DNA from: Treponemataceae bacterium | GTDB lineage: Bacteria; Spirochaetota; Spirochaetia; Treponematales; Rectinemataceae | Reading direction: 5' to 3' | Assembly: GCA_963667725.2 (NCBI GenBank) | Contig: CAXXHO010000003.1 | Location: 192,001-256,000 of the forward strand | DNA length: 64,000 nucleotides | Shown here: piece by piece, positions 1 through 9,310 of the stretch | How positions within the stretch are numbered: position 1 is the stretch's first letter | Layout: every line of letters starts with the position of its first letter | Notes under the pieces: generated by a model | What the model saw: only the letters and a program-made list of their open reading frames with translations | Told to the model about the DNA's origin: nothing | Database searches by the model: none | Program-made: the position numbers and the translations under genes

Positions 1-1006
1 CGCCGGCCGCGGCTATCGACGCGGGATTCATGTCGAAGGCCGGCGTCGTCAGATAACCGTAAAAATACTGCAGGCCGAGGTCGACGCCGCCGAGGCCGGC
101 GCTAAGGCGCAGTCCCGCCTGGCCGTAATCGAGCTTTTTTGTGTCGGGCGAGGCAAAGGGGTTCGCCAGGGCCGCGTCGGCTTCGCCCGCGGCCTGAGCT
201 TGCAGCGAGGCGTCGACCGAGGCGACGGCGGCGTCCGCAATCCCTATCGCATAAGTATTTGCAGCTTCGGGAGTCCCACCCGGCGCCGCCAGCGCGCCCG
301 AGTACGCCGCCGCATACGCCGCGGCCCAGGCCGAAGCCTTGTACGCGTTGTAGAGCTGTCCCGCCATCGCCGCTTTCAACGCCGTCGTGCCCGTAGCCAG
401 CGCGGCCGGAACCCAGGTTCCCGAGGTGGCGATGCGGTCGCCCTCGAACCAAGGTAGGTATACCAGTTCCGCCGAAGCCCGCTCGCCGAGAGGCTGCGTG
501 ATCCGCAGCATGGGCACGGCTATTTTACGGTCTTTCTCAGCCCTGATGGTCAAATCAGAGAGATCGTGCGGATTGAGGACGTCGAGCACGCTCAGACTGT
601 CCATCCTGCCCCAGAACACGCGCAGGAGGCCGCCCTGTATGGTCGTCTTTCCCGCGTAGATCCGCAGCCATGCCTCATCGAGGATAGCGGCGGGATTTTC
701 CACCAGCTTTGTCTTATCCAGCCGGATGCCGAGGAAGGCGTCGGACTTCGCGCCTGATACTTCGATCTGTATCCGCGATTCGGGAAGAGCCGCGCTGTTC
801 GTAAAATCCCCATCGACGAGCTCGAAGGGGAAAGCCAGCATCGAGAAGGAAAGCGATCCGCCCAGCTTCGCGCTGACGGGGGCCGGCGCCGCCTCCGCCG
901 CCCCGCCCCCGAACCCGAACTCCTGGGCGCCGGCCCCGGCGCCCGCGAACAGCAGCAGTCCCGCTACCAGAAAAGCCGAAAAAACGAGTTTTTTATTCGC
1001 GATCAT
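1..1006 (-). CDS. Secreted/outer-membrane protein, DUF1302/TP0788-like; 3' end runs off the window
   Basis: Not in the ORF track because no stop lies in the window. Manual translation from ATG 1006 (RBS AAGGAG): MIANKKLVFSAFLVAGLLLFAGAGAGAQEFGFGG...LDEAWLRIYAG...LRVFWGRMDSLSVLDVLNPHDL... Signal peptide and beta-strand pattern; last visible gene of the MMPL/LolA-like operon. Confidence 0.7.
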   Translation of the reverse strand, partial: MIANKKLVFSAFLVAGLLLFAGAGAGAQEFGFGGGAAEAAPAPVSAKLGGSLSFSMLAFPFELVDGDFTNSAALPESRIQIEVSGAKSDAFLGIRLDKTKLVENPAAILDEAWLRIYAGKTTIQGGLLRVFWGRMDSLSVLDVLNPHDLSDLTIRAEKDRKIAVPMLRITQPLGERASAELVYLPWFEGDRIATSGTWVPAALATGTTALKAAMAGQLYNAYKASAWAAAYAAAYSGALAAPGGTPEAANTYAIGIADAAVASVDASLQAQAAGEADAALANPFASPDTKKLDYGQAGLRLSAGLGGVDLGLQYFYGYLTTPAFDMNPASIAAAG

Positions 1007-1017
1007 GTATTTCTCCT

Positions 1018-1788
1018 TCATGGACGGCCCGTGAGCAGGAAGCGTTCGGTGAAAACGCCAGCGGGGATGGGATCGTCGTACTTCATTATTTCTATGGTGA
1101 TGGTGGTCGAGGTCTTGGCCTGTACCGACGTCATTTTGGTAACGGTGGGCGTCAGCCTTCCCTGGAAATCCTTCACCTCGCTCATCTCCATGATTTTCGC
1201 GAGATTGCCCTTCTTGTCGTAGAGCTCCATCTTGAGCGAGATGTGCGTCGCCTTTTCTATCCAGCCTATCATGCGGGAATACTGGTAGCCGCCGTCCTTG
1301 GGCTTCGCCTCGATGACCCAGCAGGGCTTTCCGCCGAGGCTTTCTTCCCTGAGAAGGCTGTACGTGTCGAGGTCGGCCTTCCTGTCGGCTGAGGCCATGT
1401 CGTCGTAAGAGAGGTCGGTGCCCATAAAGCTGGCCGAACCCTCGCTGGCAGCGACGCGGCGTACCTTGCCCAGGGAGGGGAGGAATATCCACTGGTCGCC
1501 GGTTTTTCCCGACGCGGTGATGGTGAGGAACCTCGTCCCGGCCACCGATGCTGGTTTCTGAAACACCACTACGGTTTTCGTGACGCCCCCGGCGCTGCTG
1601 GTATACTGGTCGACGAGCCTTTCGGTGAGGCTGCCGTCCTTGGCGCTTATCGCCATCCGGGCCCGCGTGGAGACCGTGTCGGCCTTTACGCGATTCCTGG
1701 AAGCCTTCATGATCTCCTCGGCGCTCTGGGAAAAGGCGAGGCCGGATCCAAGCACAAGAGCAGCTACAATGCAGATGAACCGTTTCAT
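1018..1788 (-). CDS. Outer membrane lipoprotein-sorting protein (LolA-like, TP0789-like)
   Basis: Signal peptide MKRFICIVAALVLGSGLAFS; family motifs FQKPASVAGTRFL, DQWIFLPSLGKVRRV, SFMGTDLSYDD; RBS GGAGG upstream of 1788. Confidence 0.85.
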   Translation of the reverse strand: MKRFICIVAALVLGSGLAFSQSAEEIMKASRNRVKADTVSTRARMAISAKDGSLTERLVDQYTSSAGGVTKTVVVFQKPASVAGTRFLTITASGKTGDQWIFLPSLGKVRRVAASEGSASFMGTDLSYDDMASADRKADLDTYSLLREESLGGKPCWVIEAKPKDGGYQYSRMIGWIEKATHISLKMELYDKKGNLAKIMEMSEVKDFQGRLTPTVTKMTSVQAKTSTTITIEIMKYDDPIPAGVFTERFLLTGRP

Positions 1789-1808
1789 GGTGAAACCTCC
1801 TGAGGTTG

Positions 1809-4490
1809 TCATGCCTTGTCGGACGGCAGAGGCCGCCTGATGAAGGCTGGATTTATCGTGATGAGAAGCACGGGAAGCAGGGTGAGGCTTACGAGGGCGC
1901 TCGTGGCCATGGTCAGCGCGATCAGGAGCCCCAGCTCGCTTAAAATATTGAACTGGGAGAGGCTCAGGACGCCGAAACCCGCTCCCACCGAAGCGGCGTT
2001 GAAGAGTATCGCCTTGCCTGAGGTGAGGAAGGTGCGGCGTAGGAAGGCGCCCTTGCCCTTCGTCAGCAGATATTCATGGTGAAAGGCCGCCATATAGTGG
2101 ATCGTATAGTCGATGCCGACGCCCACCGCTATGCTCGCTACCATCGCCGTGCCGATGTTGAGCTTGATGCCGGCAAAACCCATGACGGCGAAGTTGATCA
2201 GGATCGAAACCGAGAGGGGCGCCAGACCGATGAGACCGGCCATGGCCGAACGATAGTAGATGGACAGAATGAGGAAGACCATGACCAGCGACAATGCCAC
2301 CGAGATGAGCTGCGACTGCACGACGAGGCTGTTCAGCGATTTTTCGACCAAAGCCGTACCGGCGATCTCGACCTTGACGTCCTTGGGAAAGCGCCCTTCG
2401 ATGTAGTCTTTCATCGCCTTGATTCCCCTGTCCGTATCGATCTGCCCGACGGTTCTGAGCTGTACGTCCATCCTGATGGCCTTGGGTTCGAGGGGATCAT
2501 CGGCATAGGTGCCTATGTTGCCGGAGAGCAGCACGAGGTAGTTGGAGATGAGACCCTTCAGTTCCTCCTGGCTAGTCTTGCCGTAACGGGCGGGATCGAC
2601 GGGAATCTCGTAATAGGAGGCTCCTCGGTAGTTCGTGAGTCGCGAGAGGCTCTCGACGAGGTCTCTGGCGGTCATCGCTTCCCCGCCTTTTTCGGCGAGC
2701 GCCTTGTTGAGCAGCGCTACCATGGCGAGCGAGTCGATTTTTTCGGCTGTCCTATCCGCCGTCGCGGCCGCCGCGATCTCCTCGCCTGGCACGGCCGGTT
2801 CCGCGGAAGTCGTTTCCGCGAACCCGAAACCGAATGCCGGCTCGCTTCCAGGCGCCGCGGCGGCCGAAGACGCCTCCAACCCAGCCCCCGTCGCCGCTAT
2901 GGCCGCGGCCGTCGGCCTGAGTCCCTCGGGGCTTTCATCCGCGTTGAACACCTGGTTTACCCGCTTTATGAGGTCGGTGAAACCGCTCGTCTTTCCCACT
3001 TCGGGAACGCTTTTCTTCAGGTAAAGGGCGAGCCCGTCTATCGCCGCGAGCACATCGGGGCGGAGCACTTCGCCCGGGGTTTCTGAACTGACGACGACGC
3101 TCACGGATTTCGAGCCGCCGAATTTTTCGCGTATGAAACGGTCAGAGAGAGCCACATCGGTGTCCGGCTTGAAGTATTCGACGAGGACGTTGTCGATGAT
3201 GAGGTGGGATATACCGATCAGCGATATGAAAACAACGGCACAGGCGATGAAGATCACCGATCTCTTTTTTGCGGCGATATGGCCCAGGGAATTGGCTATA
3301 GCTCCGCTCAGGGGATCTTCTTCCCCGGGTTCCATCTCCGAAGTCTTGAAGCGCGGAAGCTTTTTCGCCGGTCCCCGTATGAGAATGATGGCGGGAATGA
3401 GGGTGAGGGCTGTTCCGTATGCCACGAGGACGCCGAAGCTCGAGAAGATGCCGAATTCGAAGATGGGAATCACCTTCGTGAAACAGAAGGACCCAAATCC
3501 CGCGAAGGTCGTCAGCGCGGCGAGGAGAACGGGCTTCCCGATTCTTCGAAGCACGGCGAAGACGATGGCTCTGTGCTCCGTTTTGCTCAAGTCGCGTTTG
3601 CCCGCGATTTCGTCGTAGTAGTGGCTGACGACATGGATGCCGTAGGCGCTGCCTACTGCCACGAGGATGACGGGGAGCACCGTCGAGAGTATCGAAAGCT
3701 TGATGCCGAAAAGGGGCATGGCGCCTATGGCCCAGATGACCGATACAAGAACGGTCAGCAGGGGGAGGAGGACGCCGCTCAGCCTTCTGAAGGAGAGGAA
3801 GAGCACGACGACGACGACGATGATGACAAGGGGAACGAGGGTTATCAGGTCGGAGCGGGTGGCGTCGTTGACGACGGAGCTGAAAACGGGCATGCCCGTG
3901 ATGTAGACGTTGGTATCGGCGAAGCCCGTTTCCGCGGCGAATTTCTTGATCGCCTTGTGGACGGCGACGACTTCGGGCTTGCCCGAGTCCTCGGGCGGTA
4001 TGTCGAGGTAGACGATCATCTGCGTGCCCGTGAAGTCCTCGGATACGAGGGCGCGGCTATAGAGATCCCAGCTCAGCAGCTTGTCCTTGAGTTCGGCGAT
4101 TTCTTCCTTGGTTCCGCCGAAGTCGTCAGGGACGAGAGGCTGGGCCACGATCGCGTCGCCCTCGCCGGTCAGGTAATCGGTGGAGACGATGGATGTCGCG
4201 GATTCCACGATATCGATGTCAGCAATTTTCCCTCCGAAACTCCGGAGCTTGTCGAGGAAGTCGGCTTCCAGCACCGTCCCGTGTTTCCGTTCGAGTCCCA
4301 CCAGGATGACGATCTGGCTTCCGAAGGTGTCGTCCACGCGTTTCAGGGCTATTCTTTCGGGATCTTTGTCCGGCACGAAGCGGAAGTTGTTGTTGTCCAG
4401 CTGAACCCTCGGGATCTGCAGGGCAAAGAATACGGTGACGGCCGCGACTATCGCGACAATCCACCGCGGATGTTTGAAAAACTTCTCCAT
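1809..4490 (-). CDS. MMPL/RND-family transporter (TP0790-like)
   Basis: 893 aa with two RND halves; TM motifs AVGSAYGIH and GVGIDYTIH; large extracytoplasmic loops. Confidence 0.9.
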   Translation of the reverse strand: MEKFFKHPRWIVAIVAAVTVFFALQIPRVQLDNNNFRFVPDKDPERIALKRVDDTFGSQIVILVGLERKHGTVLEADFLDKLRSFGGKIADIDIVESATSIVSTDYLTGEGDAIVAQPLVPDDFGGTKEEIAELKDKLLSWDLYSRALVSEDFTGTQMIVYLDIPPEDSGKPEVVAVHKAIKKFAAETGFADTNVYITGMPVFSSVVNDATRSDLITLVPLVIIVVVVVLFLSFRRLSGVLLPLLTVLVSVIWAIGAMPLFGIKLSILSTVLPVILVAVGSAYGIHVVSHYYDEIAGKRDLSKTEHRAIVFAVLRRIGKPVLLAALTTFAGFGSFCFTKVIPIFEFGIFSSFGVLVAYGTALTLIPAIILIRGPAKKLPRFKTSEMEPGEEDPLSGAIANSLGHIAAKKRSVIFIACAVVFISLIGISHLIIDNVLVEYFKPDTDVALSDRFIREKFGGSKSVSVVVSSETPGEVLRPDVLAAIDGLALYLKKSVPEVGKTSGFTDLIKRVNQVFNADESPEGLRPTAAAIAATGAGLEASSAAAAPGSEPAFGFGFAETTSAEPAVPGEEIAAAATADRTAEKIDSLAMVALLNKALAEKGGEAMTARDLVESLSRLTNYRGASYYEIPVDPARYGKTSQEELKGLISNYLVLLSGNIGTYADDPLEPKAIRMDVQLRTVGQIDTDRGIKAMKDYIEGRFPKDVKVEIAGTALVEKSLNSLVVQSQLISVALSLVMVFLILSIYYRSAMAGLIGLAPLSVSILINFAVMGFAGIKLNIGTAMVASIAVGVGIDYTIHYMAAFHHEYLLTKGKGAFLRRTFLTSGKAILFNAASVGAGFGVLSLSQFNILSELGLLIALTMATSALVSLTLLPVLLITINPAFIRRPLPSDKA

Positions 4491-4549
4491 GGGGAATCCT
4501 TTACGGCCTTGCCGACTTGCGGGGGGTTCCGGCAGGCCAATTTTTCATG

Positions 4550-5221
4550 CTATTTCGCCGTCAGCTTCAAAAGGGAAGGATCGGCGCCTTCAGCGGCCAG
4601 GCCGCGCAGGATTATCTCAAAGGTTTCGCGCATTTCCATGCTGATTTGATGGGGATCTCTCCGCGGGCGGGGAATCCTCGTAACGGTGTCGATTATGGAA
4701 GTGGCTATCATGATCACGGTGCGGGCCAGCCTTTCCGGTTCTTGGATCTTGTTGAGCGATCCATCGGCCATGCCTTGCCTGAGCAGATCGGCTATAAGAT
4801 TCAGCATTTTTCCCATCGCCTTGCTAAACCTGTCGCCTTCGGGATTCGTGCCGAGAGGGAATTCTGGATCGATATAATTCTTGATGCCGGTTAGAACGAT
4901 GATATCCTGGGATTCGCCGTATAGATTCAGGTAACCTGTCCATAGCGCGTGCATCGCCTGCAACCCGGTGGAGCCTTCGGGAATCCGCGACTGCGTGTAG
5001 TCCACGAAGGTTGAAGCCGCGTCTTCCAGGATTTCCATAAGGATGGCATCCTTATTTTTAAAATACAGATATAGCGTGGCTTTGCTCAGCTCGCAGGCCT
5101 TGGCGATATCCTGCATCGTAAAGGAAATCACGCCCTGTTCCAGAATCAGTTCCTTGGCTTTCTCCAGGATGAGGCTGTGGCGTTCTTCCTTTTCCCTGAT
5201 TTTTCGCTCTTCAATGCCCAT
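4550..5221 (-). CDS. TetR/AcrR family transcriptional regulator
   Basis: MGIEERKIREKEERH...TMQDIAKACELSKATLYLYFKNKDAI helix-turn-helix; RBS GGAGG before 5221. Confidence 0.92.
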   Translation of the reverse strand: MGIEERKIREKEERHSLILEKAKELILEQGVISFTMQDIAKACELSKATLYLYFKNKDAILMEILEDAASTFVDYTQSRIPEGSTGLQAMHALWTGYLNLYGESQDIIVLTGIKNYIDPEFPLGTNPEGDRFSKAMGKMLNLIADLLRQGMADGSLNKIQEPERLARTVIMIATSIIDTVTRIPRPRRDPHQISMEMRETFEIILRGLAAEGADPSLLKLTAK

Positions 5222-5235
5222 ACGCGATTCCTCCG

Positions 5236-5278
5236 TGAGACCGTTAGTCATTTAATGACCATTGGTCATTTTGGTCAA
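5236..5278 (-). promoter_or_regulatory. tetR promoter with overlapping palindromic operator(s)
   Basis: Minus-strand TTGACC-17 nt-TTAAAT; perfect inverted repeat AATGACCA-T-TGGTCATT at 5254-5270, plus a 12/17 copy at 5236-5252. Confidence 0.7.
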
Positions 5279-5323
5279 GCCGTCTAGAAAAAAATTGAGT
5301 GAAAAATGTGAAAAATAATGGAT

Positions 5324-5377
5324 GTATCTATTGACAGAAACATCGGGTCATAGTATTAAGTTTCTATAGATAGAAAC
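5324..5377 (+). promoter_or_regulatory. trpB2 promoter with two 18-bp operator-like sites
   Basis: TTGACA at 5331; perfect inverted repeat GTTTCTAT-AG-ATAGAAAC at 5360-5377; 15/18 copy GTATCTATTGACAGAAAC at 5324-5341. Confidence 0.7.
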
Positions 5378-5396
5378 AGACTCCACGGAGGACGCG

Positions 5397-6764
5397 ATGA
5401 ACACGAAGATTTTCCTCGATGAAGACGAGATGCCCAAGCAATGGTACAACCTGGCAGCCGACCTGCCTTCGCCGCCCCTGCCTCCCCTGGGCCCGGACGG
5501 AAGGCCCGTGAGCCCCGAACAGCTGGCGGCGGTTTTCCCGATGAATCTCATCGAGCAGGAAATGTCTTCGGAACGCTGGATCGACATCCCCGGCGAAGTG
5601 CTCTCCATCCTCTACCGCTGGCGCCCCTCCCCGCTGCACCGCGCCTACGGTCTCGAGCGGGCGCTCGGAACACCGGCGCGCATATATTTCAAAGATGAAA
5701 GCGTCTCGCCCGCCGGAAGCCACAAACCCAATACGGCGGTGGCTCAGGCTTACTACAACAAGATCGCGGGCATTAAGAAGCTGACGACGGAGACGGGCGC
5801 CGGACAGTGGGGATCGGCCCTTTCATTCGCCTGCGCGCAGTTCGGCCTTGAGTGCAAGGTTTACATGGTCCGCTCCAGCTACGAGCAGAAGCCGTACAGG
5901 AAGTACATGATGCAGACCTGGGGCGGTTCGTGCGTTCCCAGCCCGAGCGACACGACGGAGGCGGGCAGGGCTATTCTCCGCGCCGATCCCTCCTCGCCGG
6001 GAAGTCTGGGCATCGCGATAAGCGAGGCGGTGGAGGCCGCCGTCTCCGATCGCTCGGGCGAAACCCGCTATGCCCTGGGCAGCGTCCTTAACCACGTAAT
6101 GCTGCACCAGACGATCATTGGGCTCGAGGCGAAAAAACAGCTTGCCAAATTCGGGGAGAAGGGCGTGGACAGGATAATCGCCTGCGTGGGCGGCGGCTCG
6201 AATTTCGCGGGTTTGGCCTTTCCCTTCCTGGCGGACAAGATCGCTGGGGCCGATATCGAAATCATCCCGGTCGAGCCGACTTCCTGTCCGAGTCTCACCA
6301 AGGGAACCTATGCATACGATCTGGGCGATGTGGCGGGCATGACGCCCTACCTTCCCATGTACACGCTCGGGCATAGCTTCATGCCGCACGCCATGCACGC
6401 GGGCGGCCTGCGCTATCACGGAATGTCCCCGCTCGTGTCGCAGGCGGCCCATGAAGGCTTGCTCTCACCCCGGTCAGTGCCTCAGTTGGAATGTTTCCAA
6501 GCGGCGGTCGCCTTTGCGAGGGCGGAGGGCATCATCGTGGCGCCCGAGACAAGCCACGCGATCGCCCAGGTGATAAGGGAAGCGAAATCAGCCAAGGAAG
6601 AGGGTGTTGAACGCGTCATACTCTTCGGTTTGTCGGGGCATGGCCTTCTGGATCTGCAGGGCTATGCTGATTATTTTGCTGGGAGGCTGTCGAACTTCGA
6701 GCTTCCCGAGGAAGCGATCAGGCTGGCCATGGCGGAACTGCCTGAGTTCGCGGCCATCGCTTGA
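5397..6764 (+). CDS. trpB2: TrpB-like PLP enzyme (type II tryptophan synthase beta subunit)
   Basis: [14 protein letters not shown] lysine motif, [26 protein letters not shown]; 455 aa; no adjacent trpA. Confidence 0.93.
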   Translation: MNTKIFLDEDEMPKQWYNLAADLPSPPLPPLGPDGRPVSPEQLAAVFPMNLIEQEMSSERWIDIPGEVLSILYRWRPSPLHRAYGLERALGTPARIYFKDESVSPAGSHKPNTAVAQAYYNKIAGIKKLTTETGAGQWGSALSFACAQFGLECKVYMVRSSYEQKPYRKYMMQTWGGSCVPSPSDTTEAGRAILRADPSSPGSLGIAISEAVEAAVSDRSGETRYALGSVLNHVMLHQTIIGLEAKKQLAKFGEKGVDRIIACVGGGSNFAGLAFPFLADKIAGADIEIIPVEPTSCPSLTKGTYAYDLGDVAGMTPYLPMYTLGHSFMPHAMHAGGLRYHGMSPLVSQAAHEGLLSPRSVPQLECFQAAVAFARAEGIIVAPETSHAIAQVIREAKSAKEEGVERVILFGLSGHGLLDLQGYADYFAGRLSNFELPEEAIRLAMAELPEFAAIA

Positions 6765-6785
6765 ATCAGCTCCCTGGACGCGCTT

Positions 6786-7679
6786 TCAGATCCCGCCGGC
6801 CTTGGTTTTGATGAAGGTCCCGGCGTCGAACTCCGCGAATGCCTTGCGGAGTTCGTCCCTCGTATTCATGACGATGGGACCGCCCCAGGCTATGGGTTCG
6901 TTGAGCGGATGTCCCGCGATGAAAAGGAAGGAAGCGCCGATCGTCTTGTCGGTTTGGGCTTCGACGAAATCCATCGATCCCGCGGCCGTCCCAATGTCGC
7001 CCGCGGCGGGGAAATGGCCCAACATGCCCGATTCCAGCCTTGTGCCGGCGAAATCGGCCTTACCCCTGAAGACATAGGCCGCGGCATTGTGTGATGCGGG
7101 AATGGGTATCTGGATCTTCGCGTCGGGTTCCATCGTCACGATGAGATAGAGCACGGGCACGAAGAGGTCGGGCGTCGCGCCTGTCTTGCCGGCGTAGTTT
7201 CCGGCCAAAATGGCGATCTCGCATCCGCTTTTCTGGACGCGGTGGATTTCGGTGGCGTTCACGGCCCGATAGCGCGGCGTCGTCATCTTGAGGCTGGCGG
7301 GCAGGTTCACCCAGAGCTGGAAGCCTTCCATGAGCTTGCCGTCGCTCCCCGGCTCCGGCATTTCCTGATGGATTATTCCCGATCCGGCCGTCATCCACTG
7401 GGCGTCGCCGGGGTAAATCATCCCCTTGTTCCGCATCGAATCTCCATGCGCAACCTTGCCGGCCAGGAGATAGGTGACGGTTTCTATCCCTCTATGGGGA
7501 TGCCAGGGGAATCCGGGCAGGTAGTCATCCGGGTTGTCCGAGCCGAAGTGATCGAGCAGCAGAAAGGGATCGAAGGTATGCCGCTCGTTGAAACCGAAAA
7601 CCCGCTTCAGCTTCACGCCGGCCCCGTCCACCGAAGGAACGGCGCCGGTCACTTCGCCGATAGCGCGGCCGCCGCTCAT
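6786..7679 (-). CDS. Pirin family protein
   Basis: DPFLLLDHF, FPWHPHRGIETVTY, WMTAGSGIIHQE, QLWVNLP, GPIVMNT. Confidence 0.93.
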   Translation of the reverse strand: MSGGRAIGEVTGAVPSVDGAGVKLKRVFGFNERHTFDPFLLLDHFGSDNPDDYLPGFPWHPHRGIETVTYLLAGKVAHGDSMRNKGMIYPGDAQWMTAGSGIIHQEMPEPGSDGKLMEGFQLWVNLPASLKMTTPRYRAVNATEIHRVQKSGCEIAILAGNYAGKTGATPDLFVPVLYLIVTMEPDAKIQIPIPASHNAAAYVFRGKADFAGTRLESGMLGHFPAAGDIGTAAGSMDFVEAQTDKTIGASFLFIAGHPLNEPIAWGGPIVMNTRDELRKAFAEFDAGTFIKTKAGGI

Positions 7680-7828
7680 TGTACGCCCTCGTCGCAGGGG
7701 CCTTCCTCCTTATCGGGTCTTGAAGTCTCGTTGCTATGGGGTTCGGTGCACTTTTCGAGCGGGTTTTTTTCTTCCTTTGGGTTTTTCTTGGGATTGATCT
7801 TCGTTTTTTCGGTATCGCCGGTTTTCAT
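7676..7828 (-). CDS. Small 50-aa hydrophilic protein with two Cys
   Basis: Strong RBS AAGGAGG before ATG 7828; ATGA overlap with the pirin start; MKTGDTEK...KCTEPHSNETSRPDKEEGPCDEGVQ. Confidence 0.65.
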   Translation of the reverse strand: MKTGDTEKTKINPKKNPKEEKNPLEKCTEPHSNETSRPDKEEGPCDEGVQ

Positions 7829-7960
7829 ACAAGCCTCCTTATGTAAATGTACCTTTAAAGTACTTCGGAATCCTCCGCGGAGCAAATCTGTCCGGCCTTG
7901 CCTTCCGGCGACGCGATGGCAGCGAGGCGGCGTCGGCGCGTGCCGCGAATCGGAGCCTGT

Positions 7961-8530
7961 TCACTTCCCGAAGCGGAAACGCCTGACTATTTCGTGGCGG
8001 GCGCCTCTAGGCGATAGCGTGGACTCCATGAGGTCGAAGGATTCGGGGATGAAGGAGAGCCGAGGGGGCGCTGGAAAGACCTCCGCGAGGAGGGAGGCGG
8101 GCAGGGCGCCCATACTCTTGAATCGGGCGAGCGTGAGATGGGCGAGCCATGGTCTTGTTTCGCATTCGGCGCCAACCTCCGCCGCCAGCCGCCTCGCCGC
8201 GGCTATGACTGGATCGAGCGCTCTCTCCGGCAGCATGGAAAAGCCGAGATGGAGGATGCGCGGTGTCCTGCCTAAGGGCAGATAGCCAAGGTTTACGGCG
8301 CTCAGGCGGGGCGCGGGGATTTTTCCGGCCAGGCCCTCCAGTCCGGAGGCCGCAGCGGCGAGTCCCTCATCGTCCATCTCCCCGAAAAAATGGAGCGTTA
8401 GGTGATAGGAGCGCTGATCGACCCATGAAGGTCGCATAACTTCATATAGCGGCTTGATCTTGATTATAAAATCGCCTAACGCTTCCTTAGCGTCGTCGCT
8501 GAAATTTATGGCGAGAAAAATCCTGTGCAT
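7961..8530 (-). CDS. thpR: RNA 2',3'-cyclic phosphodiesterase (2H family)
   Basis: RIFLAI N-terminus; two HxT motifs, HLTLHFFG and HLTLAR. Confidence 0.88.
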   Translation of the reverse strand: MHRIFLAINFSDDAKEALGDFIIKIKPLYEVMRPSWVDQRSYHLTLHFFGEMDDEGLAAAASGLEGLAGKIPAPRLSAVNLGYLPLGRTPRILHLGFSMLPERALDPVIAAARRLAAEVGAECETRPWLAHLTLARFKSMGALPASLLAEVFPAPPRLSFIPESFDLMESTLSPRGARHEIVRRFRFGK

Positions 8531-8578
8531 GCCGCGCCTCCGCTTGCCGCGTCTTTGCCCGCCTCCGTGTCCGCGCCC

Positions 8579-9310
8579 CTAGGCCAGATAATCCGGCTTG
8601 ACGTGACTCATCGATTTGAAGATGTTCCGCTTGGCGAGGCTGGAGCCCGCTGTCAGGTTCTCGATCAGTTTTCTCGTGGTCTTGCGCGCTCCCTCATTGT
8701 TGAAGCCGCAGGTGCAGGTGTGCGACGTGAAGCCGAGCTCCCTTGCGCAGGCGATCATCTGCCGTTCCTCGCAGAGCGCCAGGGGACGGATGACCGTAAG
8801 GGGGTAGTTGTTGTATTTCATCACGGGCGGCATCGTGGCAAATTCGCCCTTCCTCATCATGTTCATGAAGAGGGTTTCGAGGATATCGTCCATGTGATGG
8901 CCGAGCGCGAGCTTGTTGAATCCATTCGCCCTGGCGTAGCGCGACAGCTCCGTGCGGCGTTGTGTGGCGCACCAGAAGCAGTTCATGGTTTCGCCGGGTT
9001 TGAGCCTGCCCGCGACGGGCACGTCGATGCGCCTGTACGGGATGTCCCATTCGGCCATCCGCGCCGCAATCCAGGAGTCGTCCGTCTTTTCGGCGAGACC
9101 CGCTTCGTTCATGTCGCTGGCGATGAAACAGGCTTCGACTTCGAAAGGTACGTCCCACCATGACCGCTTCATGGAAAGATCGCGCGCCAGACAGCTCGAG
9201 TCTTTGCCGCCCGAGACGCCGATGAGGACGCGGTCGCCGGGGCTTATCATCTCATAATGGCGCAGCGCGATCTCGATGAGTTTGGCGAGCGTGGTCTCGG
9301 CGTTTTTCAC
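8579..9310 (-). CDS. ttcA: tRNA 2-thiocytidine biosynthesis TtcA-family protein
   Basis: PP-loop SGGKDS, CFWC, ALGHHMDD, VIRPL; GTG start overlapping the hslO stop. Confidence 0.85.
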   Translation of the reverse strand: MKNAETTLAKLIEIALRHYEMISPGDRVLIGVSGGKDSSCLARDLSMKRSWWDVPFEVEACFIASDMNEAGLAEKTDDSWIAARMAEWDIPYRRIDVPVAGRLKPGETMNCFWCATQRRTELSRYARANGFNKLALGHHMDDILETLFMNMMRKGEFATMPPVMKYNNYPLTVIRPLALCEERQMIACARELGFTSHTCTCGFNNEGARKTTRKLIENLTAGSSLAKRNIFKSMSHVKPDYLA

